Positions 1-10,533 are shown, numbered from the stretch's first letter. The stretch: 64,000 nucleotides of DNA from Candidatus Fermentithermobacillaceae bacterium (GCA_014896535.1 JADBKE010000008.1:118438-182437), one strand, 5' to 3'. Notes: generated from the sequence alone by a model not told the origin. A program made the numbers and translations.

Positions 1-149
1 AAACCTAAAAGGTCCGGCTCGTACCCGGCGAGGATCCTCTCATGAAAGGAGACTTCCTTGGGATGGTCCGTTCCAGAGACGTCCTTCAACTGGGTCTGTA
101 GGAACCCGGTGCGGAGCTTTTCGTCTCTAGGTCGAACGGATGTCTGCTA

Positions 150-458
150 TTGCCAAGGAGGTCTCATACCGTGTCTCTGCTCACCGCCTCAAACATCGCC
201 AACCATTTCGGCAACCGTTGCCTCTTTTCCGGGCTTGACTTCGAACTGCTAAAAGATCAGCGCCTGGCCGCTTCCGGCCGCAACGGATGGGGCATGACCA
301 CCCTCCTGCCGGATTCTCGCGGCAAATTTCTTGCCGCCGACGAAAGGCTCGCCCACCGGAGGGTTCGTCCGCCCGGCCCCGAGGGCGCGTCCGGCCCGCA
401 CCCCCTGGAAGGAGTGGAGAGACCGTGCGCAACTAAAGCAGCGATAGCGATTGCTTGA
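150..458 (+). pseudogene. Decayed N-terminal fragment of an ABC-type ATPase (ABC-F-like), non-functional remnant
   Basis: Translation VSLLTASNIANHFGNRCLFSGLDFELLKDQRLAASGRNGWGMTTLL matches the ABC ATPase N-terminal beta-strands plus Walker A, but the Walker A is mutated (GRNGAGKS/TT -> GRNGWGMTT). The downstream sequence loses all ABC similarity and terminates after about 100 codons. Confidence 0.3.
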
Positions 459-502
459 CTGGGAAGAACTGGCATCAAAGCTGAGAGAGCGAGGTCCCGG
501 AT

Positions 503-2305
503 ATGAAGCAGCTGGCGCGAATGATGTCGTATCTGAAGCCCCACTGGGCCACAGTTCTGGCGACCTTTTTTGCGATGATCATCCAGACGGTGATGGAGCC
601 GCTTTCCACGATGATATTGAGGGCTATGGTTGACCAGGCACTCCCCTCAAGGGACATGTCCCTCATCATCAATCTCTGCCTGTGGTACATCGGAATTTAC
701 GCCATTAAGGGGCTTGTCAGCTGGGTTCAGTGGTACGGATCGGAACTCACCGGGCAGAAGGTCACGTATGACATAAGACAATCCGTTCACGACCACCTCC
801 AGAAGCTTCCCCCGTCGTACTTCAACACCATGGGCTCGGGTCAGGTGATGTCCCGGCTCACCAGCGACATCGAGTCCATGCAAAACTTCGTGGGGTGGGG
901 TGCTCTCCTCCTCATCAACATGGTAATGCTGTTCATCGTCTCCTCGGCGTTCCTGGCATATCTCAACTGGAAACTGACCCTGGCCATGGCGGTGACCTTC
1001 CCATTCCTCGCCAGGACCGTTTTCTGGTTTGACAAGCACGTGAGAAAAGCCTGGGAGAACGTGCGGGAAAAGATGGGTCATCTCACCACGGCTCTTCAGG
1101 AGAACATAAGCGGCATCAACGTAGTGAAAGCCTTCGCCCGGGAAGAACTGGAAATTGAAAAGTTCCGGGCGAAGAACCTGGCCCACTACGAAGCCAACAT
1201 GGAAAGGGCGGCGGTCGAAGCCAAGGGCCAGCCGCTTCTCGACTTGATTTCGGGATTCGTCACAGTGATAGTCATCGGCTACGGAGGATACCTGGTGGCG
1301 ACGGGCCAAATGACCATGGGGACGATCTTCGCCTTTTATTCCTTGAGCTGGACTCTCATCTGGCCGGTGAGGATGATGGGATGGCTCGTGAACATGGCGG
1401 AGCAAGCCCGAGCCGCTGCGCCCAGGGTTTTTGAACTGCTGGATCACGAGCCCGAGATAAAGGACGAGCCGGGCGCCGTGGATCTGGAAGAAGTCCGAGG
1501 CCACATAGTGTTCGAGAATGTGTCCTTTTCCTTCCCCGACGACTCCCGGGAGACGCTGAAAGACATCAACCTGGAGATCCTGCCGGGAGAGACCGTGGCC
1601 ATCGTAGGGGGAACGGGCTCCGGCAAGTCCACGCTGGTCAACATGATCCCCCGGTTCGTCCAGCCCACGAAGGGCCGCATTCTTCTGGACGGACGGGACA
1701 TCCGGGAGATAACTCTGAAGTCGTTGAGGAAGCATATAGGGCTCGTTCTCCAGGACAACTTCCTTTTTTCGGCCACGGTGAAGGAGAACATCGCCCTGGG
1801 CAAAAGGGATGCCACCGATGAGGAGATACAAAGGGCAGCGCGACTCGCACAAGCGGAGGAGTTCATCGAGGAACTTCCCAAAAAGTATGACACTCCCGTG
1901 GGCGAACGTGGAATCGGTCTCTCCGGCGGTCAGAAGCAGAGAATCGCGCTGGCCAGAGCGCTCCTGCTGAACCCGAAAATCCTTATCCTGGATGAAGCTA
2001 CTTCGAGCGTGGACACGGAAACCGAATATCTCATCCAGGAAGGGCTTCAGGAAGTCATGAAAGGACGGACTTCGATAGTGATAGCTAAACGACTGTCGAC
2101 CATAAGGGGCGCCGACAAGATAGTCATCCTCGACAAAGGCAGAATTCTGCAGGTCGGAACGCACGAGGAACTCTTGAAACAGGGCGGGTTTTACAGGAAA
2201 CTCTTCGAAAGCCAGTTCGCGGAAGAAGACGTGGAAAAGGCGATCAGGCTCGAGCTGGCGGAGTACGCAGGTGGAGAGCCGAACTCCGATGACCCGAGCC
2301 AGTAA
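503..2305 (+). CDS. ABC exporter, fused permease-ATPase subunit 1 (heterodimer partner)
   Basis: 600 aa with an N-terminal 6-TM region. Walker A GGTGSGKST, signature LSGGQKQR, Walker B ILILDEATS. The H-loop position reads IAKRLS (Lys instead of His). RBS GAGCGAGG sits 9 nt upstream of the ATG. Confidence 0.9.
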   Translation: MKQLARMMSYLKPHWATVLATFFAMIIQTVMEPLSTMILRAMVDQALPSRDMSLIINLCLWYIGIYAIKGLVSWVQWYGSELTGQKVTYDIRQSVHDHLQKLPPSYFNTMGSGQVMSRLTSDIESMQNFVGWGALLLINMVMLFIVSSAFLAYLNWKLTLAMAVTFPFLARTVFWFDKHVRKAWENVREKMGHLTTALQENISGINVVKAFAREELEIEKFRAKNLAHYEANMERAAVEAKGQPLLDLISGFVTVIVIGYGGYLVATGQMTMGTIFAFYSLSWTLIWPVRMMGWLVNMAEQARAAAPRVFELLDHEPEIKDEPGAVDLEEVRGHIVFENVSFSFPDDSRETLKDINLEILPGETVAIVGGTGSGKSTLVNMIPRFVQPTKGRILLDGRDIREITLKSLRKHIGLVLQDNFLFSATVKENIALGKRDATDEEIQRAARLAQAEEFIEELPKKYDTPVGERGIGLSGGQKQRIALARALLLNPKILILDEATSSVDTETEYLIQEGLQEVMKGRTSIVIAKRLSTIRGADKIVILDKGRILQVGTHEELLKQGGFYRKLFESQFAEEDVEKAIRLELAEYAGGEPNSDDPSQ

Positions 2306-2443
2306 AACGGCGTCCTGGGAAAACGGCGGTCCGGGAAGACGGCGAGCTTGCGCAGCACCCGCGGGCCGGCATCGAGGACCCTGGGGAGAACTTCCTCACC
2401 GGCGCAGTCGCCGGACCCGGACAGCAAAAAGGGGTGAGCACCG

Positions 2444-4318
2444 GTGTCGTTGTACGACTTAGACTTGCAGGAAGATGCGGAAGAACGCCCGTTTAACGTG
2501 CGCTACTTCCTGAGGATGCTCGGCTATACCCGCCGCTACTCCAAAACCGCGGCGGCCGGGGTCGGCCTTACCCTGGTCGGCATCCTCATCGGACTTGCGG
2601 AACCCATGCTACTCAAAACCGCTATAGACCAGGGCGTAGCGGCGAAAAACGTGGAGGTCGTCGGGCGGGTGCTGGCCGTGCTGGTCGCATTCCGCCTGAT
2701 CCAGTGGGTGTGCTCGTCTAGACAAATCCGCATCATGAATTTCCTGGGCCAGAAGATCCTATACGATCTTCGGCAAGAGCTTTTCGAGCACATACAAAGG
2801 CTTCCGGTAAGTTTCTTTCACCGTTACCCTGTGGGAAAAATCGTTTCGCGACTGACCAACGATGTAAACCACATGAGCCAGCTGGCTTCTTCGAATACCG
2901 TAAACCTTCTGAGCCAGCTCGTGTCACTGGTAGGAATAGTCGCCATAATGGTCTGGGCCCACTGGAAAATGGCCCTTCTGTCTTTCACCACATTGCCTCT
3001 GCTCGTGCTCGTCATGACCAAAGTGCGGTGGTCGATGGAGCACGCATGGGGTGAGTCCAGAAAGGCCATCGGCGAGATCAACGCCCACCTGAACGAAACC
3101 GTCCAGGGGCTTCAGGTGATCCAGGCTTTCGGGCAGGAGGAAGAGAACAGCCGGAAGTTCTCGAAAGCCGGCAAGAAGTTCTTCAATGCGTATATGAAGG
3201 CCATCAAGATAGAAGTAGCCTTCTGGCCGCTCACGGACCTCGTCGGAGCCCTGGGCACCGCCATCGTAGTGTTGTACGGGTCTATGGAGCTTTTCCGAGG
3301 CACCGTGAGCCTGGGGCTCATGCTCGCCTTCGTCAACTACTTGGGCAAGTTCTGGGCACCCATCAGCACGTTTTCCCGGGCATGGAGTCAGATCCTCTCG
3401 GCCATGGCGTCGGCGGAAAGGGTGTTCGGCATCCTCGATGTCCCGCTCGAAACCGAAGGGGACGAAACCAAGATGGAGATGCCCAGAATCCAGGGCGAAG
3501 TCGTCTTCGAGAACGTGTCCTTCCATTACCGCGCAGGTGAACCTGTCCTCCACAACGTCAGCTTTCGGGTAAGGCCCGGGGAGACCATAGCTCTGGTGGG
3601 ACCGACGGGCGCAGGAAAGACCACCATAATCAATCTGGTGGCGGCTTTCCACCGGCCCACATCCGGACGGGTTTTGGTGGACGGGTATGACCTGGCCGAG
3701 GTGAAACTCGGCTCGTACCGCAAGCAGCTGGGGATTGTCCTTCAGGATACTTTCATATTCTCCGGAACCATTTTGGACAACATCAAATTCGGCAAGCCTG
3801 ACGCTTCCATGGAGGAGGTGGAAAGGGCGGCGAAAGCCTCCCGGGCTATAGAGTTCATTTCCCGGATGCCCAAGGGATTCGATTCCGAGGTCCACGAGCG
3901 CGGACAGAACCTTTCCACCGGGGAAAGACAGCTCCTGGCCTTCACCAGGGCGCTGCTGGCCGATCCGAGGATTTTGATCCTGGACGAGGCGACTTCCAGC
4001 ATCGACCCGGGGACGGAAAGGTTGATCCAGGAGGCAATGCAGACATTGCTAAAGGGGCGCACGTCGTTCATCATCGCGCACAGGCTGGCCACCGTCCGGG
4101 CCGCGGACAGGATCTTCGTAGTACAGGACGGGAGGATCGTGGAAGAAGGGTCTCATCAGGAGCTCGTGAACAAGGGAGGACTTTACGCTCGTCTTTACGA
4201 GGCGCAATTCAAGACGAGCCGCAACAAGGTCAGGCTGAACGGAGACGAGACCAACGGACGGGAACGGGTCGCCACCGGCGGGACGAACTCGGCGGGCGAG
4301 ATGAGCTCTACGAATTAG
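2444..4318 (+). CDS. ABC exporter, fused permease-ATPase subunit 2 (heterodimer partner)
   Basis: 624 aa with a GTG start. Walker A GPTGAGKTT, degenerate signature LSTGERQ, Walker B ILILDEATS, canonical H-loop IAHRLA. Directly follows subunit 1. Confidence 0.9.
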   Translation: MSLYDLDLQEDAEERPFNVRYFLRMLGYTRRYSKTAAAGVGLTLVGILIGLAEPMLLKTAIDQGVAAKNVEVVGRVLAVLVAFRLIQWVCSSRQIRIMNFLGQKILYDLRQELFEHIQRLPVSFFHRYPVGKIVSRLTNDVNHMSQLASSNTVNLLSQLVSLVGIVAIMVWAHWKMALLSFTTLPLLVLVMTKVRWSMEHAWGESRKAIGEINAHLNETVQGLQVIQAFGQEEENSRKFSKAGKKFFNAYMKAIKIEVAFWPLTDLVGALGTAIVVLYGSMELFRGTVSLGLMLAFVNYLGKFWAPISTFSRAWSQILSAMASAERVFGILDVPLETEGDETKMEMPRIQGEVVFENVSFHYRAGEPVLHNVSFRVRPGETIALVGPTGAGKTTIINLVAAFHRPTSGRVLVDGYDLAEVKLGSYRKQLGIVLQDTFIFSGTILDNIKFGKPDASMEEVERAAKASRAIEFISRMPKGFDSEVHERGQNLSTGERQLLAFTRALLADPRILILDEATSSIDPGTERLIQEAMQTLLKGRTSFIIAHRLATVRAADRIFVVQDGRIVEEGSHQELVNKGGLYARLYEAQFKTSRNKVRLNGDETNGRERVATGGTNSAGEMSSTN

Positions 4319-4345
4319 CAGCTCGACGGGGGCCCCGACGTCGTA

Positions 4346-4867
4346 TTACAGGAGTTCAAGATACTCTTCGTATAAGGGATTTATCACGAAGCGGCCGGCT
4401 GAAAGGACTTCATAATCCCAGGGGAACATGATCAAGCCGGCCGTTTCCATCCCCCACCAGTCCGGTTTCCACCCATCCAGAGTGACCCAGAGCGAAGCGG
4501 TTCTTACTTTGCGCGCGCCTTTCCTCTTCGTTTCCTGGGAGGTCATGAGAAGCGTTTCTCCGGACACAACCATTTCGTCGACGATGAGGACCCGCTTTCC
4601 TTCCACCCTTTGCGGCACCGGCATGAGGAAGACCGGTCTGTCTCTGACGACGTGGCCGCGGAATTTCCTTGTAAGCACGACGGGATACAACTCAACCTGT
4701 AGGATGGACGCGATAATCGTGGCGGGGATGAGGCCGCCCCTGGCCACTCCGATGACCAGGTCGGGGTCGAAGCCGGCCTTTGCTTCCAGGGCTATCGCCT
4801 TGCAGATGTCCATTACTTCATCCCAGGTCAGCCTATAAGCCGGGCTTTCCACGTATTTCGGCTCCAT
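4346..4867 (-). CDS. Purine phosphoribosyltransferase, xanthine-guanine PRT (Gpt)-like
   Basis: 173 aa. PRPP-binding motif VLIVDEMVVSGETL. The N-terminal YRLTWDEV...GVARGGLIPA aligns with the Gpt family. Confidence 0.75.
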   Translation of the reverse strand: MEPKYVESPAYRLTWDEVMDICKAIALEAKAGFDPDLVIGVARGGLIPATIIASILQVELYPVVLTRKFRGHVVRDRPVFLMPVPQRVEGKRVLIVDEMVVSGETLLMTSQETKRKGARKVRTASLWVTLDGWKPDWWGMETAGLIMFPWDYEVLSAGRFVINPLYEEYLELL

Positions 4868-5144
4868 AACCTTCGCCTTCTTACCAGTCCATGTTTACTT
4901 CGGTTTCACATCCGGCTCCTACGTATACTTCCCTGATGACGTGGGGATTCCTTCTTTTCTCGAGGCTGCGGCAACTCAGTTGAGCCGATGCCACCGAGTC
5001 GCGGCAAAACCTGATTTCTTCTCCTTTCGAGGCTCCTGGCAACCTACCCGCTGTGACCAGCAGGAAAAATGGGACGTTTGTCGAAGGATTTCGTTATCGG
5101 AAATCCCTGCTCTGCAGCAACTCTTCTACTAAACGGAGGACGCC

Positions 5145-6665
5145 ATGAAATACGACATCCTGATCAAAAACGGAAAAATCATCGACGGCACGGGGAAACC
5201 CGGCTTTTTTGCCGACGTGGCCATCAAAGGAAAGACCATTGCCAAGGTAGGTCAGAACATCGAAAATCAGGAGGCTTCCTGCGTCATCGACGCAAGCGGG
5301 CTGGTCGTATCGCCTGGTTTCATAGATGTCCACTGCCACACGGACTGGAGCATACTGGACGGACCGTGGGACGACCACCAGGAAATGCAGGGCATCACGA
5401 CTCAAGTTGCAGGCCTCTGCGGCACCTCTCCCCTTTCTCCCGAGGAGCACTTCCGCGATGTCCTCCAGGAAACGGGGTTGAGGACGAACTACGCACTCAT
5501 GGTGGGACACGGGACGGTGCGGAAATCCGTTATGGGCGATGCGGAGCGAGCTCCTCTCCCCGATGAACTCCGCAAGATGAAGTACCTAACGGAAAAGGCC
5601 CTTGACGAAGGTGCTCTGGGATTATCCACGGGTCTCATATACGTACCCGGAACGTACTCGACCACCGAAGAGCTCAAAGAGCTCGCCAGCGTACTCCGGC
5701 GCTACGACGGCGTGTATGCGACGCACATGAGGTCCGAAAGCGATGCCATCCTCAAAGCCGTGGATGAAGCCATCGAAGTGGCGTGTCATGCCGATGTCCG
5801 CCTCCAGATATCCCACATCAAGGTTATCCTGCCGCGGAACTGGGGGTTGGGACCGGAAGTCATCAAAAGGCTGGAGGCGGCGATGAAAAACATACCCGTG
5901 GCGGCCGACCAGTATCCGTATACCGTGACGGGCGGAGGGTTGTACGGTCCTTCCCGGCTCGTTAAAGGCTGGCCCGTCCAAGAGCAACAAAGCGCCGAAG
6001 ATAAGGAGTCTCGTGCTCTTGCCCAGTTCCAAAGGGATTTCCGTTACGCCGAAAAGCGGGAGGAACTGGTTTCCCACGTCCGGTCGCTCCTGGAAGACCG
6101 GGGCGGACCCAAACAGTTCATCATAGTAAAAGCTAAAACTCAGCGCATCGTAGGGATGAGACTCGATGAGGCAAGTCGTGCCCTGGACATACCAGCGGAG
6201 ATCCTCTGCCTTGAGGAAATCGCAGCATCCGAAGGACAGTTCGCCATGGTCTACGAAGGGGTCTACGAGCCGGAAATGATCGAATTCATGAAAAAACCCT
6301 GGGTGATGGTGGGAACGGACGGAGTGCCCGGCGCCTTTCACCCGCGGACCCACGGAACGTTTCCGCGACTCCTGGGCCGGTATGTGAGGGAGAAAAACGT
6401 TCTCCCTCTGGAGGAGGCCATCCGGAAGATGACGAGCCTGCCTGCGGAAACCTTCGGGTTCCCGGGACGGGGGCGGATCGCCGAAGGCTTCTATGCCGAC
6501 CTGGTCGTCTTCGATCCTGACACCATCATAGACAGAGCTGACTTCGTCCAGCCGCATGTGTATCCCGAAGGGATAAAGTGGGTCTTCGTCAACGGAACGG
6601 CGGTCGTCCGGGAAGGCCGACCGGTCGAGGTTTATCCGGGAGTACCGCTTCGCCGGGAAAGCTAG
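5145..6665 (+). CDS. D-aminoacylase / N-acyl-D-amino-acid deacylase (amidohydrolase superfamily)
   Basis: 506 aa. N-terminal MKYDILIKNGKIIDGTGKPGFFADVAIKGKTI then metal-binding SPGFIDVHCHTDW, typical of amidohydrolase-3 D-aminoacylases. RBS ACGGAGGA. Confidence 0.8.
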   Translation: MKYDILIKNGKIIDGTGKPGFFADVAIKGKTIAKVGQNIENQEASCVIDASGLVVSPGFIDVHCHTDWSILDGPWDDHQEMQGITTQVAGLCGTSPLSPEEHFRDVLQETGLRTNYALMVGHGTVRKSVMGDAERAPLPDELRKMKYLTEKALDEGALGLSTGLIYVPGTYSTTEELKELASVLRRYDGVYATHMRSESDAILKAVDEAIEVACHADVRLQISHIKVILPRNWGLGPEVIKRLEAAMKNIPVAADQYPYTVTGGGLYGPSRLVKGWPVQEQQSAEDKESRALAQFQRDFRYAEKREELVSHVRSLLEDRGGPKQFIIVKAKTQRIVGMRLDEASRALDIPAEILCLEEIAASEGQFAMVYEGVYEPEMIEFMKKPWVMVGTDGVPGAFHPRTHGTFPRLLGRYVREKNVLPLEEAIRKMTSLPAETFGFPGRGRIAEGFYADLVVFDPDTIIDRADFVQPHVYPEGIKWVFVNGTAVVREGRPVEVYPGVPLRRES

Positions 6666-6734
6666 GTCCTGCCGGAGGCGAGTGCCGGGGACGGCGCTCC
6701 GGTTCATCAACTCCTGAATATAGTCAGATGCAGG

Positions 6735-8120
6735 TTAGCCCTGCACTCGCTCGAACTTGGCGGTGAAGTGCCTCAGCACGGGCGCCTCCTCGACAAGCCG
6801 GAGACCCCTTATGTCCTTAGCTCTGTCCCTCACCCTGGCTACGGCCCGGGCGACGAGCTTCATGTGTCTGTCCGAGTACACCCTGCGGGGAATCGCCAAC
6901 CTTACGAGTTCGAGCTCGGGCCATATGTCCCTTCCCGTCTCCGGGTCTTTACGGCCGAAAGCGCATCCTCCCAGTTCAACTCCACGGATGCCGCCCTCGA
7001 TGTAGAGCTCGACTACCAGAGACTGAGCCGGGAAGTTCTCCCTGGGGATGTGCGGTAGCAGCGGAAGGGCGTTGATGTAGATTCCGTGACCACCCGGCGG
7101 TTTCACTATCGGAATGCCTTCCTTTTCCAGGAGCTCTCCGAGGTACGCCACCTGTCCAATGCGGTCTTCGAGGTAGCTTTCGTCCAGCACCTCGCGGAGG
7201 CCGCGGGCCATAGCTTCCATATCCCTGCCGGCGAGCCCGCCGTAGGTGATGAACCCCTCAAACGGGATTTGCCACTGGACCGCCTGCCTATAGTGCTTCT
7301 CGTGTCTGAACCCGAGAAGACCGCCTATGTTGACCAGGGCATCTTTCTTGGCGCTCATCGTAAATCCGTCCCCGTACGAAAACATCTCCCTGGCTATCTC
7401 CGCAACGGACTTGTGGGCGTAGCCGGGCTCGCGGTCCTTTATGAAGTAGCAGTTTTCGGCAAACCTCGCTGCGTCGAAGAACACGGGTATTCCGTACTTG
7501 TCTGCGATCTCCCTGGTCTTTCTGATATTCGCCATCGAGACGGGCTGCCCGCCGTTGTTGTTGCACGTCACGGTGATGAGGATAAAGGGCACCTTGGAAG
7601 GATCTTTCGCAATCTCCTCTTCGAGTCTGGCCAGATCGATGTCCCCTTTGAAGGGCGCTTCCTTTTCCGGAATCAACCCTTCGGCCCGAAGACAGTTTAC
7701 GGGCTCGGCGCCTCGGAGCAAGATGTGCCCTTCTGTGGTGTCGAAGTGCATGTTTCCGAGCACCCTGTCGCCGGGTTTCACCATGGCGGCCATGAGAACG
7801 TGCTCGGCACCCCGCCCCTGGTGAACCGGAAGGACGTATTCGTACCCGGTGATCTCCCGCACCACGTCCCTCAGGTTGTAGTAGTTCCGGCTTCCGGCGT
7901 ATGCTTCGTCTCCGAGCATCATTCCGGCCCACTGGTTGTCCGACATGGCAGAGGTGCCGCTGTCGGTGAGGAGATCTATGTAGACGGCCCAGGACGGAAG
8001 GGAAAACACGTTGTAATGCGCCTCTGCGATGAGCTTCTGCCGTTCTTCCCGCGTGGTCTGCCTTACCGGTTCGACGACTTTGATCCGGTAGGGTTCCGCG
8101 TACTCGTCTCTTCTTCGCAT
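6735..8120 (-). CDS. Beta-eliminating lyase, tyrosine phenol-lyase/tryptophanase family (motifs closer to TPL)
   Basis: Contains YIDLLTDSGTSAMSDNQWAGMMLGDEAYAGS, the PLP-lysine region SAKKDALVNIGG, and GGLAGRDMEAMARGLRE, all hallmarks of the TPL/TnaA family. The likely start is the internal ATG at 8120 (MRRRDEYAEPYRIKVVEP), not the track start at 8153. Confidence 0.85.
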   Translation of the reverse strand: MRRRDEYAEPYRIKVVEPVRQTTREERQKLIAEAHYNVFSLPSWAVYIDLLTDSGTSAMSDNQWAGMMLGDEAYAGSRNYYNLRDVVREITGYEYVLPVHQGRGAEHVLMAAMVKPGDRVLGNMHFDTTEGHILLRGAEPVNCLRAEGLIPEKEAPFKGDIDLARLEEEIAKDPSKVPFILITVTCNNNGGQPVSMANIRKTREIADKYGIPVFFDAARFAENCYFIKDREPGYAHKSVAEIAREMFSYGDGFTMSAKKDALVNIGGLLGFRHEKHYRQAVQWQIPFEGFITYGGLAGRDMEAMARGLREVLDESYLEDRIGQVAYLGELLEKEGIPIVKPPGGHGIYINALPLLPHIPRENFPAQSLVVELYIEGGIRGVELGGCAFGRKDPETGRDIWPELELVRLAIPRRVYSDRHMKLVARAVARVRDRAKDIRGLRLVEEAPVLRHFTAKFERVQG

Positions 8121-8216
8121 GAGCACCAACCCCCTCTGGGGGTGGTGGCCCACCCCCGTCCGGAATTCCAGCTGCGATTTTGCACCGACTTTGCCTTCTC
8201 AGCCCCCAGCTTCCTG

Positions 8217-9410
8217 TTAAGCACCTATCACGCCGAGCTTCCGACCTACCTCGACGAATCTTTCCAGCGCGAAATCCAGGTCCTGCCTGGAGTGGGCCGC
8301 CGAGAGCATGCATCTGATCCGGGCCTTGCCCCTGGGAACAGTGGGATAAGCGATAGCCTGCGCAAAGACATCTCTCTCCAGGAGCATCCTTGAAAACTCC
8401 TGCGCAACTTTAGCTTCTCCGAGCATCACGGGCGTGATCGGCGTCACGCTGTTGCCTATGTCGAAACCCGCGTCTTTCAATCCTTTCTTGAAGTAAGAGG
8501 CATTATCCCACAGTCTCTTCACGAGCTCGTCGCTCTTCATCAGAATCTCCACGGCTGCGATTGCGGCCCCCACATCGGCGGGAGTGAGCCCGGTGGAAAA
8601 CAGGAAAGGCCTGGCCCGCTGCTTGAGGTAGTCGATGAGCACGGTAGGTCCGGTAACGTATCCGCCCATCACGCCGAAAGCTTTGGAGAGGGTGCCGACT
8701 TCTATCTCCACCTGTCCCTGTAGACCGAAGTGATTGACTATTCCGCGCCCGCTCTTGCCCAGCACCCCTTCGCCATGGGCGTCGTCCACCATAACGATGG
8801 CGTCGAATTCCCGGGCAATCTTGACGATCTCCGGCAATGGAGCGATGTCCCCGTCCATGCTGAATACGCCGTCGGTAACGATCAGTTTACGGCGGGCATC
8901 TTTGCCCTCGGTCTGGATCTTCGCGCGAAGGTCGTTCACGTCGTTGTGGGCGTACCGCACCACTCTGGCTTTGGAAAGCCTGCATGCGTCGATAATACTG
9001 GCGTGGTTGAGCTCATCGGAGAAGATCACGTCACCTTCCCCGGTTATGGTAGGGATGACCGCAACGTTGGCGGTGAAACCGGCCTGAAGCAGGATGCAGG
9101 CGGGCGCTTCCTTGAACTCGGCGAGCTTTCGCTCGAGCTCCAGGTGGATGGTCTGCGTGCCGGCAATGGTCCTGACGGCACCGGGACCCACGCCGTACCT
9201 GTCTATCGCTTGCTTAGCCCGCTCTTTGAGCTCGGGCATGTTCGCAAAACCCAGGTAATTGTTGGAGCACAAGTTCAGAACCCTTCTGCCGTCAACGATC
9301 ATCCAGGCACCCTGGGGCCCGTCTATTGTACGAATGGTGTTAAACAGGCCCTGCTCCTTCAAGGATTGAAGTTCCTCTGCAAGGAAATCGAGTTTAGCCA
9401 CGAGACTCAA
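8217..9410 (-). CDS. kbl: 2-amino-3-ketobutyrate CoA ligase (glycine C-acetyltransferase)
   Basis: 397 aa class-II aminotransferase. Contains the PLP-lysine motif GTLSKAFG and shows full-length similarity to Kbl. Lies immediately downstream of tdh. Confidence 0.9.
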   Translation of the reverse strand: MSLVAKLDFLAEELQSLKEQGLFNTIRTIDGPQGAWMIVDGRRVLNLCSNNYLGFANMPELKERAKQAIDRYGVGPGAVRTIAGTQTIHLELERKLAEFKEAPACILLQAGFTANVAVIPTITGEGDVIFSDELNHASIIDACRLSKARVVRYAHNDVNDLRAKIQTEGKDARRKLIVTDGVFSMDGDIAPLPEIVKIAREFDAIVMVDDAHGEGVLGKSGRGIVNHFGLQGQVEIEVGTLSKAFGVMGGYVTGPTVLIDYLKQRARPFLFSTGLTPADVGAAIAAVEILMKSDELVKRLWDNASYFKKGLKDAGFDIGNSVTPITPVMLGEAKVAQEFSRMLLERDVFAQAIAYPTVPRGKARIRCMLSAAHSRQDLDFALERFVEVGRKLGVIGA

Positions 9411-9445
9411 ACCCCCTCTTAAAACTCAAACTCCATCTTCGATGA

Positions 9446-10486
9446 CTACTTGACCCCTCTCGGGTAGAGGACCACCTTTCCGCAGTTCCCCGAAGTCATG
9501 AGATCCATCCCTCTGGCGTAGTCGGCCAGGTCAAGGTGATGAGTCACCACCGGACTCAAGTCGAGCTTCCCCGACTGGAGAAGTTCTCTCGTCATAACCC
9601 AGGTATCCCACATCCGCCTGCCGGTGATACCCTGGATTTGAATGCCTCTCATGACGATCTCATTGGAAATGTCGAGGTCCACCGCCTTGTCCGGGAGCCC
9701 GAGCAGGGATACCCTGCCACCGGGACGCGCCACCTTGAAGATCTGCGAGAAAACCGGGCGCGCACCGGACATCTCCAATACCACATCCACGCCCTGACCC
9801 CGGGTCTCGTCCATTATGGCGGTAACCGGATCCATTTCATTCGCGTTTATGACCAGGTCAGCCTTCATTTTCCGCGCAATGTCCAGACGGTACTCGTTGA
9901 TGTCCACGGCCGCGACAAACGTAGCGCCCACCGCCCTCGCGACTCCGATGGCCATAAGCCCTATGGGTCCGCAACCGAATACGGCTACGCTCCGCCCCCT
10001 GGTTTCCCCCGCCATAACGGTATGAACGGCATTGCCCAGCGGCTCCTGGATGGAGAGGAACGCCGCTGGCACCGATGGATCGTTCCGCCACAGGTTTTCC
10101 TCGGGTACCGTCACGTACTCGGCAAAACAGCCGTCCCTGTCAACCCCAAGGATCTTCGTGTTTTGACAGACGTGCTTCTCACCAAGGAGACACTGCTTGC
10201 ACTGACCGCACACGATATGGGTTTCGGCGGAGACCAGTTCTCCAACCTTCGCAGACTTTACTCCTGGACCGAGTTCCACCACTTCGCCGACGAACTCATG
10301 TCCCATGATTTGCGGGGGCTTGATCCTCTTCTGTGCCCATTCGTTCCAGATGTAGATATGGTGGTCCGTTCCGCATATAGACGTGGCCTTGACCTCGATG
10401 AGAACCTCGCCCGGACCCGGACGGGGAAGAGGAACATCCGCAAGAATGGCCCCGTATCCCGGTTTCTCTTTGATTACCGCTTTCAA
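9446..10486 (-). CDS. tdh: L-threonine 3-dehydrogenase
   Basis: Zn-ADH fold (ICGTDHHIY, GHEFVGEVVELG, CGQCKQC), closely parallel to E. coli Tdh. The likely TTG start at 10486 (M-KAVIKEKPGYG) has RBS GGGAGGT 8 nt upstream. The track start at 10525 is an upstream in-frame extension. Confidence 0.9.
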   Translation of the reverse strand: MKAVIKEKPGYGAILADVPLPRPGPGEVLIEVKATSICGTDHHIYIWNEWAQKRIKPPQIMGHEFVGEVVELGPGVKSAKVGELVSAETHIVCGQCKQCLLGEKHVCQNTKILGVDRDGCFAEYVTVPEENLWRNDPSVPAAFLSIQEPLGNAVHTVMAGETRGRSVAVFGCGPIGLMAIGVARAVGATFVAAVDINEYRLDIARKMKADLVINANEMDPVTAIMDETRGQGVDVVLEMSGARPVFSQIFKVARPGGRVSLLGLPDKAVDLDISNEIVMRGIQIQGITGRRMWDTWVMTRELLQSGKLDLSPVVTHHLDLADYARGMDLMTSGNCGKVVLYPRGVK

Positions 10487-10507
10487 ACTTTCAACCTCCC
10501 GTCCAAG

Positions 10508-10533
10508 CCAAAATAAAGAGCGCATAGCGCGCT
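10508..10533 (-). terminator. Terminator-like hairpin plus U-run in the tdh leader (candidate attenuator)
   Basis: In transcript sense: AGCGC-gcuau-GCGCU followed by CUUUAUUUUGG, immediately before the tdh RBS. It sits at the 3' end of a ~300 nt leader. Confidence 0.3.

Noticed and set aside
4321-4345. GC palindrome GACGGGGGCCCCGAC between convergent ABC exporter and PRTase genes as a bidirectional terminator
   Set aside because: There is no flanking U-run on either strand and the stem is short. Too weak to call.
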